Source of the DNA: Pseudomonadota bacterium
Lineage (GTDB): Bacteria > Pseudomonadota > Gammaproteobacteria > Burkholderiales > UBA6910
Reading direction: 5' to 3'
Length of the DNA: 64,000 nt
Assembly (NCBI GenBank): GCA_049322755.1
Contig: JBMOQX010000072.1
Location: 14,662-78,661 of the forward strand
In this document: piece after piece, positions 8,778-17,563 of the stretch
Position numbering within the stretch: the stretch's first letter is position 1
How the letters are laid out: every line of letters starts with the position of its first letter
The notes under the pieces: generated by a model
Told to the model about the DNA's origin: nothing
Seen by the model: the letters and a program-made list of their open reading frames with translations, nothing else
The model's database searches: none
Made by a program: the position numbers and the translations under genes

Positions 8778-9502
8778 TGGCGCCCCCTCGCCGACGTGCC
8801 GTCGAGGGCGAGCACCTGGCCGCCGTTCTCCAGCAGCCGATCCGCGAGCCGCTCGCCGAGCTCGATATTGAGCTCCCGCCAGGTCAGGTTCGACGCGAGC
8901 AGGGTTGGGCGGCACTCGCGATAGCGAGCGTCCACCAGCGCCACCAGCGCGGCGCGCTCGGAATCCCACGAGGGTCGCGCCACCTCGTCGAGCGCGAGCA
9001 AGTGCGGGCGCGTGAACTCGGGCCCCCGCTCATCACCGCGCCGCGACCAGTCGCCGCCGAAAGCCGCGAGGGCATCGGCCATCGTCGCGTAGCGCGCCGG
9101 GACCAGCTGCTCGACCGCGGCCTGCACGATCGCCGCGAGGAGGTGCGTCTTACCCACGCCGACCGGGCCGGTGAGCACCAGGCACGTCCCGGCGTGAACG
9201 TTCGTCTCCAGGTCGGCTACGTAACGCCGGCAGGCCTCGAGCGCGGCCGCCTGCTTGGGCGTGCGTGGCCGGTAGTCGGCGAACCCGCGCCCGCTGAAAC
9301 GCGCGGGGATCGCCGCGGCGACGGTGAGGCTGAAGAGGCGCTGCGCCCGCTGGATCGCCCGGTCGGACTCTGCGCGGCGCGCTCGTTCGTCGGCGATGCA
9401 GTTGTCGCAGCGCCCGATCCAGCGGCCGGCGACGAACACGCGCCGGAATTCGCCGTGGGTCTCACAGCGGCCGATCTCGCCCACCACGTCGGTGTCGCTC
9501 AT
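8774..9502 (-). CDS. DnaC/IstB-like AAA+ helicase-loader protein
   Basis: Walker A LTGPVGVGKTHL and Walker B-like LLALDEV. N-terminal Cys4 (CETHGEF...CDNC) zinc-ribbon-like motif. Confidence 0.8.
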   Translation of the reverse strand: MSDTDVVGEIGRCETHGEFRRVFVAGRWIGRCDNCIADERARRAESDRAIQRAQRLFSLTVAAAIPARFSGRGFADYRPRTPKQAAALEACRRYVADLETNVHAGTCLVLTGPVGVGKTHLLAAIVQAAVEQLVPARYATMADALAAFGGDWSRRGDERGPEFTRPHLLALDEVARPSWDSERAALVALVDARYRECRPTLLASNLTWRELNIELGERLADRLLENGGQVLALDGTSARGRQ

Positions 9503-10305
9503 CGGTCGCTCCCCGTCGGGAGGTCGGTCGAATAATTTTTTTGCTGCAGGTCGACATCAAATGCGCCCCGCCGCCCGATCCCGTTGCCGGGCCGGCTGCG
9601 CTCGCGCCGGACCCAGTTCAGCCAGGCGTGGCGCCAGTTCTTGCGCCGCTTGCCGGCGCCCTCGCCCTCCGTCCAGTACTCGCAAAATCCGGCGTACACC
9701 TCCGCCGGGTTGAGATCGCTCCGCGTCTCGACGCAGGCCTGCCGCCAGTCCTCGGGGATCGTCTCGGGACCGCTAAAAGCAGTGGGAGCACGCTTGCGTG
9801 CGCTCTCTGGTTTTACGACTCCGACAACGACTCCGACTCCGACTACGGGCGCGCGCGCCGGACATTCGTCGGGCATGTGTCCGTCACCTGTCGGGCGCGT
9901 GTCAGGCATTTGCGCGGTGCGTTCCTTGATTTGACGGATGTTTTCCAGAACGTCGGGTTCGTCATGGAGTAGGCTGTCGGGCGGTGGCGGGCGCAGAAAT
10001 GTGCGCGCCCGGAAGCGCTGTTTGAATCTTGGAATGTAGATGAACCGCTTCCCATCCACGTCGTAAGTGCGCACCAAGTCGGCGTCGACCAGGCCGTTCA
10101 GGATCTTGAGCGCGTCGTCGCGCCCCTTGACGTTGCACACGTCCCGCCAGGTGCGCACCAGCTGGCCATCAGAGGCATCGTAGGTGCCGAGGTCGTCGAC
10201 GCGCAGGAGAAGCGCGACGTAGGCCAGGCGCTCGACCGGGTGCGCGAGCGAGAGCCAGCGGTCGGATTCGAGAAGCGCTTCGCGGATGACGCGGCTCGGC
10301 ATCAC
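9499..10305 (-). CDS. phage replication-initiation/organiser-like protein
   Basis: 268-aa ORF with an ATGA overlap to the dnaC-like gene. Winged-helix-like N-domain (VERLAYVALLLRVDDLGTY...). Position before the loader is typical of replication O/DnaD-like proteins. The family assignment is tentative. Confidence 0.55.
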   Translation of the reverse strand: MMPSRVIREALLESDRWLSLAHPVERLAYVALLLRVDDLGTYDASDGQLVRTWRDVCNVKGRDDALKILNGLVDADLVRTYDVDGKRFIYIPRFKQRFRARTFLRPPPPDSLLHDEPDVLENIRQIKERTAQMPDTRPTGDGHMPDECPARAPVVGVGVVVGVVKPESARKRAPTAFSGPETIPEDWRQACVETRSDLNPAEVYAGFCEYWTEGEGAGKRRKNWRHAWLNWVRRERSRPGNGIGRRGAFDVDLQQKNYSTDLPTGSDR

Positions 10306-10353
10306 GCGCTCCCCTGAGCGGGCTCGAGGACCTTGGGGCGCATGGCGGCGACC

Positions 10354-10629
10354 TCAGGCCGCGAGCCGGTGATCGTCGAGCCCGGCGCGGGCGCGGGCGG
10401 CCTCGAGGCGCTTCACGAGCTCGCGGATCGCCGCGTCGTCATCGCCGCGCACGTGCGCCGAGATCATCGCGTCGACCTCGCTCTCCGGCCAGGCTGAGCG
10501 CTTGGGGCCGATCTTCACCGGCTTCGGGAACAGGCCCTCGCCGATACGGGTGTAAAGGGTGGCGTGGCTGTAGCCCATGCGATCCTGGACCACCGGCTTA
10601 TGCAAGAGCCGTTCGGGACGGGTGTGCAT
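10354..10629 (-). CDS. alpA: AlpA-family phage transcriptional regulator/excisionase
   Basis: LLHKPVVQDRMGYSHATLYTRIGEGLFPKPVKIGPKRSAWPESEVDAMI matches the AlpA/Xis MerR-like HTH pattern. Confidence 0.85.
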   Translation of the reverse strand: MHTRPERLLHKPVVQDRMGYSHATLYTRIGEGLFPKPVKIGPKRSAWPESEVDAMISAHVRGDDDAAIRELVKRLEAARARAGLDDHRLAA

Positions 10630-10714
10630 TCTGTTCCTCCGTTCATGACATGATCGTCTGTATTGACGATGGATGAATTGAACGCGAAGATGGCCGCGTC
10701 GCGCGACCCTAATT

Positions 10715-10740
10715 TGACGTCAAAAAATGACGTCAAAAAA
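10715..10740. repeat. perfect tandem 13-bp repeat tgacgtcaaaaaa x2, each containing the palindrome TGACGTCA
   Basis: Read directly: 10715-10727 and 10728-10740. The repeats sit in the AT-rich spacer upstream of alpA. Confidence 0.9.
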
Positions 10741-11274
10741 TTAGAAATGCTTGGGGTGAAGGTCGGCGATGAGCTGCGCGATCGTGCGCGGATCCATCGA
10801 CTTGAACTCTTTGCGCTCCGCCAGTTGCCGCGCCACTGCGGCGCTACTGAGCGTGCGGTCTCGGTCCCAGATCAACATCGCACGGAGGCGCAGTTGCTCG
10901 CGTCGGTCGCGTTGCCCGCGCCGCTTCGCATCCGCCGGTCCGAGGGCTTCAACGCTGGCCGCCGGGAGTCTCACTTTCCCCTCCCGAATCGCCTTGAGGA
11001 TGTGCCGGCGTTGCCGGTCTCGCGTTACCTGGCGCGCCCCGTTTCCTGCGAGTAGGTCGACGGCCTGCTCAAGGGTGAGTCGCCCCGTGCGGGGCTTCGG
11101 TAGAGGCGCACCACGGGCAAGCTCACGCATCCTCTCCTTCGCGCGCTCGGAGTCGGCGATCTCTCCCAACAGTGAGCGCTTCGGCCGGCGCAGCACGACG
11201 CCGAAGCCCAGCGGGATCGCCTCGGGACGTTCGACGACGCGGAGCCGGCGCCTGCCGGGTTTCTTTGTGGTCAC
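10741..11274 (-). CDS. hypothetical protein (177 aa)
   Basis: Complete ORF with an ATGA overlap to the upstream small gene at 11271-11274. Confidence 0.5.
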   Translation of the reverse strand: MTTKKPGRRRLRVVERPEAIPLGFGVVLRRPKRSLLGEIADSERAKERMRELARGAPLPKPRTGRLTLEQAVDLLAGNGARQVTRDRQRRHILKAIREGKVRLPAASVEALGPADAKRRGQRDRREQLRLRAMLIWDRDRTLSSAAVARQLAERKEFKSMDPRTIAQLIADLHPKHF

Positions 11275-11492
11275 CGCGCCGCGCGCCGGCGGGCCCGATC
11301 GGTAAGGATCCAGCGCAGATACCGGATAAATTCGTCACGCTCCTGGTCCGGCAAGCTTAGGACCCCGGTGACGAACGCGCGGTACTGCTCTCGCCGGTCC
11401 TGGCTGGTGCGCAACGTCTCGAGCGCGGCAGCATGGGTGTGCTCGCGGTGAATGACGGTTATCGTGGCGCCGGTAGAATGTTTCTTAGCCAT
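11271..11492 (-). CDS. hypothetical protein (73 aa)
   Basis: ATG at 11492 preceded by a strong AGGAGG. Confidence 0.45.
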   Translation of the reverse strand: MAKKHSTGATITVIHREHTHAAALETLRTSQDRREQYRAFVTGVLSLPDQERDEFIRYLRWILTDRARRRAAR

Positions 11493-11565
11493 AATTCGCC
11501 TCCTGTGTAGGCGGGTTGTGGTCAGGGGTCCGGCGGCCCACACCGCCGGCGCCCCGCTTCCCGGA

Positions 11566-11916
11566 TCAGGGCTCCGGGTCCTCGCCCTTGGTGCTCGATA
11601 CGTCCTTCAGTTCCGGCTTCATCCCGTGGCGCTTGCGAACCCCCTTGTTCAGGCTGTCTACGAACTCCTGGGCGATCAGGCGGGACCGCTCCTTGTGCGA
11701 CATCGCCCGCAGCCGCTCGAAGTTGGCCCGATCAACGTCCGCGCGGAACTCCTCGAAGGTGATGATGGTGCCGTTGCGGTACACCGAGGAGAGCGGGAAT
11801 CTGCGCGGCTCGGGATCCCAAGCCTTGCAGACACCTTCGGGAGTGAGCGACACCGGGACGCCTTCGACGTTGAAGAACTTGGTCCCTTCGGGAAAGGCCG
11901 GCGTGAGGGGCTTCAC
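11566..11916 (-). CDS. hypothetical protein (116 aa)
   Basis: Complete ORF immediately downstream of int, with a 1-nt gap. Confidence 0.5.
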   Translation of the reverse strand: MKPLTPAFPEGTKFFNVEGVPVSLTPEGVCKAWDPEPRRFPLSSVYRNGTIITFEEFRADVDRANFERLRAMSHKERSRLIAQEFVDSLNKGVRKRHGMKPELKDVSSTKGEDPEP

Positions 11917-11917
11917 G

Positions 11918-13150
11918 TTACCCCCTCGCCCGCAGCGCGGTGACCGTACCCTTGGCCGCCGGCCGCTGCTTGCAGAACTTCGCCCAATCGATCATCAGGC
12001 GTCGGCGCTTCTCGAACAGGTCGCCGCGGCGGTAGGCGGCCTCGGTCTTGTCGCTGATGATGTGCGCCAGCGCCATCTCGCAGACCTCGCGCGGGTAGGC
12101 CGTGCACTCGGCGGCCCAGTCCCGGAACGTCGAGCGGAAGCCGTGCACGGTCAGATCGTTGTGGCCCATGCGCTTGAGCAGGTTCAGCATCGCCATGTTG
12201 GACAGTGGCTTGCCCTTGCGCTGTCCGGGGAAAACGTGCGCCTTGCCTTCGGCCAGCTGCGCCTCGACGATCTCCACAGCGCGCGGTGAAAGCGGAACGC
12301 GGTGCTCGCGCCCGGCCTTCATGCGCGCCCCGGGGACTGTCCAGACGCCTTTGTCGAGGTCGAATTCCTCCGGCCTGGCGCCAATGACCTCGCCGGTCCT
12401 GGCGGCCGTCAGGATCGTGAATTCCAGGGCCCGCGCCGCGGTGCCCTCCTGGTCGCGCAGGTCAGCCATGAACGCCCCGATCCGGGCGTAGGGCAGCGCG
12501 CTGTGCGGCCTCACCCGGTCGGCCTTCTTGATCTTCGCCAACAACTTGTCCAGGTGCCCGCGCCACCGCGCCGGGTTGTCGCCGGTGCGGTAGCCGTGCA
12601 CGGTGGCCCAGTCCAGCACCGAGGCGATCCGGGCGCGCAGCCGCGTTGCAGTCTCCGTCTTTTCGGTCCAGATCGGCCCCAGCACGTTCAGCACCGCGGA
12701 CGTGTCCACGTCGGCGACGGGCCAGGTACCGAACACCGGCCCGCAATACGTCTCCAGGGTGGCCTCCCACTGCGCCGCGTGCTTCTCGTTCTTCCAGCCA
12801 GCCCCGTGCGCCTTGATGTAGGCGGCGGCGCACTCGTCGAACGTCTTGGAGCGGGCCGCAGCGAGCGCCTGCGCGCTCCTGGCCGCTCTGCGGGCCTCCA
12901 GCGGGTCGATCTTGTCAGCCAGCAGCCCGCGGCACTCCTCGGCCTTCTTGCGGGCCGTGGCGAGGCTCACGGCGTTCAGCGAGCCCAGGCCCATCTCGCG
13001 GGACCGGCCGTTCAGGGTGTAGCGGAAGACCCAGGACTTCGTGCGTGCCGGGGAAACCTGCAGGTAGAGCCCGCCGCCGTCGCCCCAGTAGCCCGACCGC
13101 CGGAGCGCCTCGACCGCCTTTGCCGAAAGCTTGTGAAGTCGCCGCGCCAT
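11918..13150 (-). CDS. tyrosine-type site-specific integrase (P4-like, DUF4102 N-domain)
   Basis: N-terminus KLSAKAVEALRRSGYWGDGGGLYLQVSPARTKSWVFRY. Catalytic region HGFRSTFRDWAAE ... ALAH...AYRRGDLFEKRR. Confidence 0.93.
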   Translation of the reverse strand: MARRLHKLSAKAVEALRRSGYWGDGGGLYLQVSPARTKSWVFRYTLNGRSREMGLGSLNAVSLATARKKAEECRGLLADKIDPLEARRAARSAQALAAARSKTFDECAAAYIKAHGAGWKNEKHAAQWEATLETYCGPVFGTWPVADVDTSAVLNVLGPIWTEKTETATRLRARIASVLDWATVHGYRTGDNPARWRGHLDKLLAKIKKADRVRPHSALPYARIGAFMADLRDQEGTAARALEFTILTAARTGEVIGARPEEFDLDKGVWTVPGARMKAGREHRVPLSPRAVEIVEAQLAEGKAHVFPGQRKGKPLSNMAMLNLLKRMGHNDLTVHGFRSTFRDWAAECTAYPREVCEMALAHIISDKTEAAYRRGDLFEKRRRLMIDWAKFCKQRPAAKGTVTALRARG

Positions 13151-13195
13151 CCGAAACCCCCGTTCTTACCCATGTCCAACAGTTGCATTGTGTCG

Positions 13196-13281
13196 GACGG
13201 TTTCGGACGCGTCAAGACAAGATTATCTTTAAGTTATTGGCTTGTATGAAAGAAAAAATCCGGGATCAGACGGTTTCGGAC
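13196..13281. repeat. 13-bp direct repeat gacggtttcggac (13196-13208 and 13269-13281) flanking an AT-rich 60-bp spacer
   Basis: Read directly. Lies between the int start and the serine recombinase stop. The second copy overlaps the last codons of the recombinase. Confidence 0.8.
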
Positions 13282-14912
13282 AAGCCGGATGGTGATTTGG
13301 GCGGACACCCTCTCCGCCAGTTCGGTACAAAGCTGGGCACCGCGCCCGCCGATGCTGCGACGCCCGATCCGGCGAGGGTTCGCAGCAGGTTCGTTTTCGA
13401 TCCCATGATCCGGACCTCGCCCTCGGCGACCTCGACCCGCTGGGCAAGCGCGCGCAGGTGCTCGCGGCGGTAGCCCTGCGGCCCGCGAATGCGGCGGCGG
13501 GCGCTGTCGGCGAAGCGGCGCAGCGAGTCGGCCGTGATGGTCTGGCCGGCGCCCTCCAGCGCCATGCTCGCCCGCTCGGCGTCCACGCGGGCCTGGTCGC
13601 GGGTCGCCTTCAGCTCGGTGATGCGATCCTTCAGCGCCGGGTCATCCAGGTCGGCAAGGCCGCGCTCGATGGCGTCATAGAGCCGCTTCAGCCGGGCGTC
13701 CGCCTCGGCGGCGCGCTTGGCCAGCTCAGCGGCGATGGTGCGCCTGCGCTCGGCGCGCTCCTCCCGGCGGTCGAGCAGGCTGGCCAGCACCTCTTCCAGC
13801 CGCTCGGGATCGAGCAGCCGCTCCTCCAGGTGCGAGGCCACAAGATCGTCCAGCTTCGGCATGGGGATCGAGCGACCCTTGCAGCCGGTCGCGCCCTGCC
13901 GGGCGGCGATGGAGCAGGTGTAGTAGCGGTAGCGGCCCGACTTCCCCGTGCGGATGGTCATCGCCCCGCCGCAGTCGGCGCAGAAGCAGATGCCGGTGAG
14001 CAAGGTCGGCCCGCCGACCACCTGCGGCGGCGCGACCTTGGGATTCCGCGCCTTCAAGTGCGCCTGCACGGCGTCGAACGTCTCCTGGTCGATCAGGCGC
14101 GGAACGGGCACGGCGATCACCTGATCGTCGGGCTTGTTGGCGCCGTTCTTGGTGCGCCGGTTGAACTCGTGGACGCCGATGTAGCTGGTTCGCGTCAGCA
14201 TCCGGTGCACCGCGCCAATGCCCCAGCGCCCGCCGGTGCGGGTGTAGAGCCTGCGCTCATTGAGGTGCTTGGCGATCGCCTTCACGCCCATGCGCCCGCT
14301 CGTGCCGTCGCCCTCCAGCGCCAAGCGAAAGGCGAGCCGCACCGTGTCGGCGTGAAGCGGGTCGATCTCCAGCTTCTTCTTGACCTTGGCGCCGCGCTTC
14401 TCGGCATCGACCACCCGGTAGCCGATCGGCGGCAGCGAGCCGTTCCAGAAGCCCTGCCTTGCGTTCTCTTTCAAGGCTCTGAGCGTGTGCTTGGCGTTCT
14501 CCTTGGACTGATACTCGTCAAACAGCGCCATGATCTGGCGCATCATCACGTGCATCGGGTCGTCCCCGAGCTCCTGGGTCATGGAGACGAGCCGGACGCC
14601 GTTCTTGGCGAGCTTGCGGACGTAGAACTCCAGCTCGAAGTGGTCGCGGAAGAAGCGGGAGAAGGAATGGACGATCACCACGTCGAAGGCGGGCGGTCTT
14701 TGCGTGCCCGCCTCCATCATGCGCTGGAACTCGGGGCGGCGATCATTGGTCGCGGACGCGCCCGGCTCGACATAGGTCTCGACCAGCTCGTAGCCGCGGG
14801 CGGCGCAGTAGGCTTCCCCCTGCTTGCGCTGGTCGGGGATGGACACGTCATGCTCGGCCTGTCGAGCCGTCGAGACGCGCAGGTAGAGGGCGGCGCGGAG
14901 CGGGACGGTCAT
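13266..14912 (-). CDS. large serine recombinase
   Basis: Resolvase catalytic domain (LRAALYLRVSTARQ...). Followed by a recombinase domain, a zinc-ribbon (CADCGG...YYTC) and a coiled-coil tail. Confidence 0.92.
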   Translation of the reverse strand: MTVPLRAALYLRVSTARQAEHDVSIPDQRKQGEAYCAARGYELVETYVEPGASATNDRRPEFQRMMEAGTQRPPAFDVVIVHSFSRFFRDHFELEFYVRKLAKNGVRLVSMTQELGDDPMHVMMRQIMALFDEYQSKENAKHTLRALKENARQGFWNGSLPPIGYRVVDAEKRGAKVKKKLEIDPLHADTVRLAFRLALEGDGTSGRMGVKAIAKHLNERRLYTRTGGRWGIGAVHRMLTRTSYIGVHEFNRRTKNGANKPDDQVIAVPVPRLIDQETFDAVQAHLKARNPKVAPPQVVGGPTLLTGICFCADCGGAMTIRTGKSGRYRYYTCSIAARQGATGCKGRSIPMPKLDDLVASHLEERLLDPERLEEVLASLLDRREERAERRRTIAAELAKRAAEADARLKRLYDAIERGLADLDDPALKDRITELKATRDQARVDAERASMALEGAGQTITADSLRRFADSARRRIRGPQGYRREHLRALAQRVEVAEGEVRIMGSKTNLLRTLAGSGVAASAGAVPSFVPNWRRGCPPKSPSGLSETV

Positions 14913-15307
14913 CGCCGGCCTCCCGCCGCCTTGCGCGGCTTCTCCGGCTTGGTCAGTGGCAGCTCCAGCGCCACGCGGTCGTGCACCACCCTCGGTGCAA
15001 GCCGCCGGCCGGGACCGTGCTCGAAGCGGACCAGGCCGTAACCGGCCATCGTCCTGAGCGTCCGCGACAGGTTGGGCTTGGCCTTGCCGGTGAGCTGCGA
15101 CAGCTCCTCAAGGGAGTTCGGCGCCTTCTCGGCGATGGTGCGCAGCAGGTCGCGATTGCCCGCCGACAGCACCTTGGCGAACGACTCGGTGGAGGTGAAC
15201 CACACCTTGGGCTCGTCCGCCTTCGGCTTCTCCTCGCCCCGCGCGATGCGGAGCGTGCGGGCCTTCATCTCCTCATAATCGGCGATGCCGACCTTCAACG
15301 TCGTCAC
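14909..15307 (-). CDS. winged-helix (MarR-like) DNA-binding protein, TumA-like putative antitoxin
   Basis: The GTG at 15307 overlaps the upstream stop (GTGA). HTH region NSLEELSQLTGKAKPNLSRTLRTMAGYGLV. The stop overlaps the recombinase ATG (ATGA at 14909-14912). Confidence 0.65.
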   Translation of the reverse strand: MTTLKVGIADYEEMKARTLRIARGEEKPKADEPKVWFTSTESFAKVLSAGNRDLLRTIAEKAPNSLEELSQLTGKAKPNLSRTLRTMAGYGLVRFEHGPGRRLAPRVVHDRVALELPLTKPEKPRKAAGGRR

Positions 15308-15669
15308 GGCAACACTCCTCGTTCCTTCAGCACCGCGTCCACCGTCTCCCAGAAGTCGGCGAGCAACGTGCCGGCATCCTGGTAGTCGTAGGGGCGCACG
15401 GTCCTCAGCCGGTGGCGGTGATCCTGCGGCTCGCCCCGCTTCTGCCGCCCGACCGGGTGCGCGTTGTCGAAGCCGACCAGCCGCTCCCCCGATGGACCGT
15501 GCAGCGTGAGCGAGTAGTCGAGCCCGTGCGGCTTCTCCGGGCTGGCCGGAACCGCCGTCACCACGAACTTGACCCAATGGCCGCCCTCCGGGTCCACGAC
15601 CAGCACGGTGCCGTCGAGGTCCAGGAGCGCATCCAGGCTCGGATCGCGCACCTCTTCCTTCACCGTCAC
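15304..15669 (-). CDS. DUF6516/TumE-like putative toxin
   Basis: 121-aa ORF. GFDNAHPVG...DHRHRLRTVRPYDY...LLADFWETV matches my recollection of the TumE family. It is paired with a downstream HTH gene. Confidence 0.6.
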   Translation of the reverse strand: MTVKEEVRDPSLDALLDLDGTVLVVDPEGGHWVKFVVTAVPASPEKPHGLDYSLTLHGPSGERLVGFDNAHPVGRQKRGEPQDHRHRLRTVRPYDYQDAGTLLADFWETVDAVLKERGVLP

Positions 15670-15710
15670 TGGTTATCAGAAAGGCACAACTTAGGCAAGG
15701 GCCTTCGCGC

Positions 15711-15947
15711 CTATTCCGGCCCGAACAGCTCGTCGAGGATGTCGCCGAACCACGCCTCGAATACGTCCACCTCCTCCGGCGTGACCGGCACGCGCTCTGG
15801 CCAATCGTCAGTGACGCGCCAGCCGGAGAGGTCGTGCTTGACCGGCCGGCCCGGCGTCGGCGCGGTTTCCTGCCGGTAGTCGTAGAGGCTCACAAGCTCC
15901 GGCCGGAGCCGGAGGGCGGGACGGCGGTGCGGGCGCGGACGTGACAT
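15711..15947 (-). CDS. hypothetical protein (78 aa)
   Basis: ATG at 15947. The acidic C-terminus (VTPEEVDVFEAWFGDILDELFG) looks like genuine protein. The upstream part of the 126-aa ORF looks non-coding. Confidence 0.4.
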   Translation of the reverse strand: MSRPRPHRRPALRLRPELVSLYDYRQETAPTPGRPVKHDLSGWRVTDDWPERVPVTPEEVDVFEAWFGDILDELFGPE

Positions 15948-16400
15948 CCCTTGACTGTCGGCATCGCGTCGCGCGCGCGAAAGCCCGCCAACTGCGTCGG
16001 CGCAGGATCGGCTGGCCGCGGCCAGAAAGACAGGAGACGGGCCGGCCAGGGGCGGCTCCCGGCTGGCTGAAGCGTGTGTTCGGCCGCTCACGGTCAGATT
16101 GGGAGCGCCCCGCTCCTGGTCCGGTCTCGGCGCATGGCGGCCAAACCGCCGGGCCGGGGACGGGCGGTCAAGGCCGCAAGCCCGCGAAGCGGGGGCGCCG
16201 AACGCGCCAGCCTTGACGGCTCGGCGCCGGTCCGACCGACCGATCCATTGCGGACCACCCCGGACGGGTGCACACTCATCTCATGGAGCGTGTGCTGGCG
16301 AGTCAGCAACGAGGACCTGATACTCGAATCTAAGCGGGCAGAGTTGACGCACTCTCTAAAGTGATGCCCTGAGGCCCGTTGAAGCTCTCCGGTGGTGTTT

Positions 16401-17519
16401 ATGCGCCTTTCGATTCTAATTGGCCTGCTGCTCTGCCCATTGCTCCTGATCTCCGAAGCGGCGGCCGGCAGCATGAGCGACAATCCTTCTGCCGTCTGGT
16501 TCTCCTCGTCGCCGTTGAAGGGTGAGGACATCGTTGCGGGACACGACGCGGTCGCCTTCGCTGAACGGCTCTACACAATTCTCGACGCCAAACTCTTCGA
16601 CCCCTCGTTCAAGGCCGAAGAGCGCGGCCGACAACGGGCGGAGCTCGAAGCCGCACTTGCAGCGCGGCCGACATGGACGCGGTCCGAGGTCGTTGATCTC
16701 GTCAACGAGCGTCTTCGTCGGCTCGGGATCTCACACCTGCGCATTCTGGACCCGATCCAGGGAGCCGCAATGGCGGCGCTGGCCGAGCAGCCGCCGAGCG
16801 CCGAGCATGACGCCGCACGAGCGGCCGAGCCGGCGGTCTCCGCCGAAGTACGGGACGGTGCGGTCGGCGTGCTGAGGTTACGCAGCTTCTTCGTGCCCCA
16901 GATCACGAAAGCGGCGGTGGACCGCGCGCGAGCCCGGCTCGCCGGCGCCCGCGCGATCGTGGTGGATGTGCGCGGCAACGGCGGTGGAGCTGGCTCTCCG
17001 ATCAGCTACGTCATCGAACACCTCCTTGGACCCGATCGCGTCATCTCGTTCGATCGCACGCGCGAGGGATTGCACCGTTCGCGGCCCTACGTCGTGCGGG
17101 GCTATTTCGAAGACGCCGAGAACACGGGCGCTCAGGCCGAGATCAGATTGTCCGAGCGCGAGCCCTACATCGAATGGCGCACGCGCCCCGACGCGGTCAA
17201 GGATCCGCGCCCGCATGTCGTTCTGGTCAATCAGGAATGCGGTTCGGCTTGCGAAGTGTTCGCGGCTGCCGCCAAGGAGAACGGGGTGCCAGTGCTCGGG
17301 GTGCGGACCTACGGAGCCGTGCTCGGGGCCGGTGTCTTCAAGCTCCCATGGCCGGGCTACGCGCTCATCGTCCCGGTACTGGGCACGCTGTCGCCAATGG
17401 GTCGTATCCACGAAGGGGTGGGCGTGGCACCGGACGTGGAAATCCCAGAGTGCCACGATCGGCCAGAGGAGTGCCTGACGCGCGCCGTCGAGATCGCCGC
17501 CCGCATCAACAGGAGCTGA
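16401..17519 (+). CDS. S41-family (C-terminal processing/tail-specific-like) peptidase with signal peptide
   Basis: Signal peptide MRLSILIGLLLCPLLLISEAAAG. IVVDVRGNGGG motif and VLVNQECGSACEVFAAAAKE region typical of S41. Confidence 0.75.
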   Translation: MRLSILIGLLLCPLLLISEAAAGSMSDNPSAVWFSSSPLKGEDIVAGHDAVAFAERLYTILDAKLFDPSFKAEERGRQRAELEAALAARPTWTRSEVVDLVNERLRRLGISHLRILDPIQGAAMAALAEQPPSAEHDAARAAEPAVSAEVRDGAVGVLRLRSFFVPQITKAAVDRARARLAGARAIVVDVRGNGGGAGSPISYVIEHLLGPDRVISFDRTREGLHRSRPYVVRGYFEDAENTGAQAEIRLSEREPYIEWRTRPDAVKDPRPHVVLVNQECGSACEVFAAAAKENGVPVLGVRTYGAVLGAGVFKLPWPGYALIVPVLGTLSPMGRIHEGVGVAPDVEIPECHDRPEECLTRAVEIAARINRS

Positions 17520-17563
17520 GCGGTGCTGTCGCCAATACCCGCCTGACGCCGCGCCCGAGGCCG

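Larger units (their letters stand above)
4050..13265 (-). mobile_element. integrative phage-satellite/PICI-like element or prophage remnant (int, alpA, rep, dnaC-like; no virion genes)
   Basis: Abuts the tRNA-Ser 3' end. A P4-type integrase sits at the far end. About 17 small minus-strand genes have ATGA/GTGA overlaps. Intergenic GC drops at both edges. att repeats were not identified. Confidence 0.6.

Noticed and set aside
16094-16531. 145-aa minus-strand ORF overlapping the S41 peptidase start, and other ORFs in 15941-16364.
   Set aside because: No coding-like composition and no RBS. They overlap a better-supported gene. The region looks like a degraded intergenic junction of the mobile remnant.
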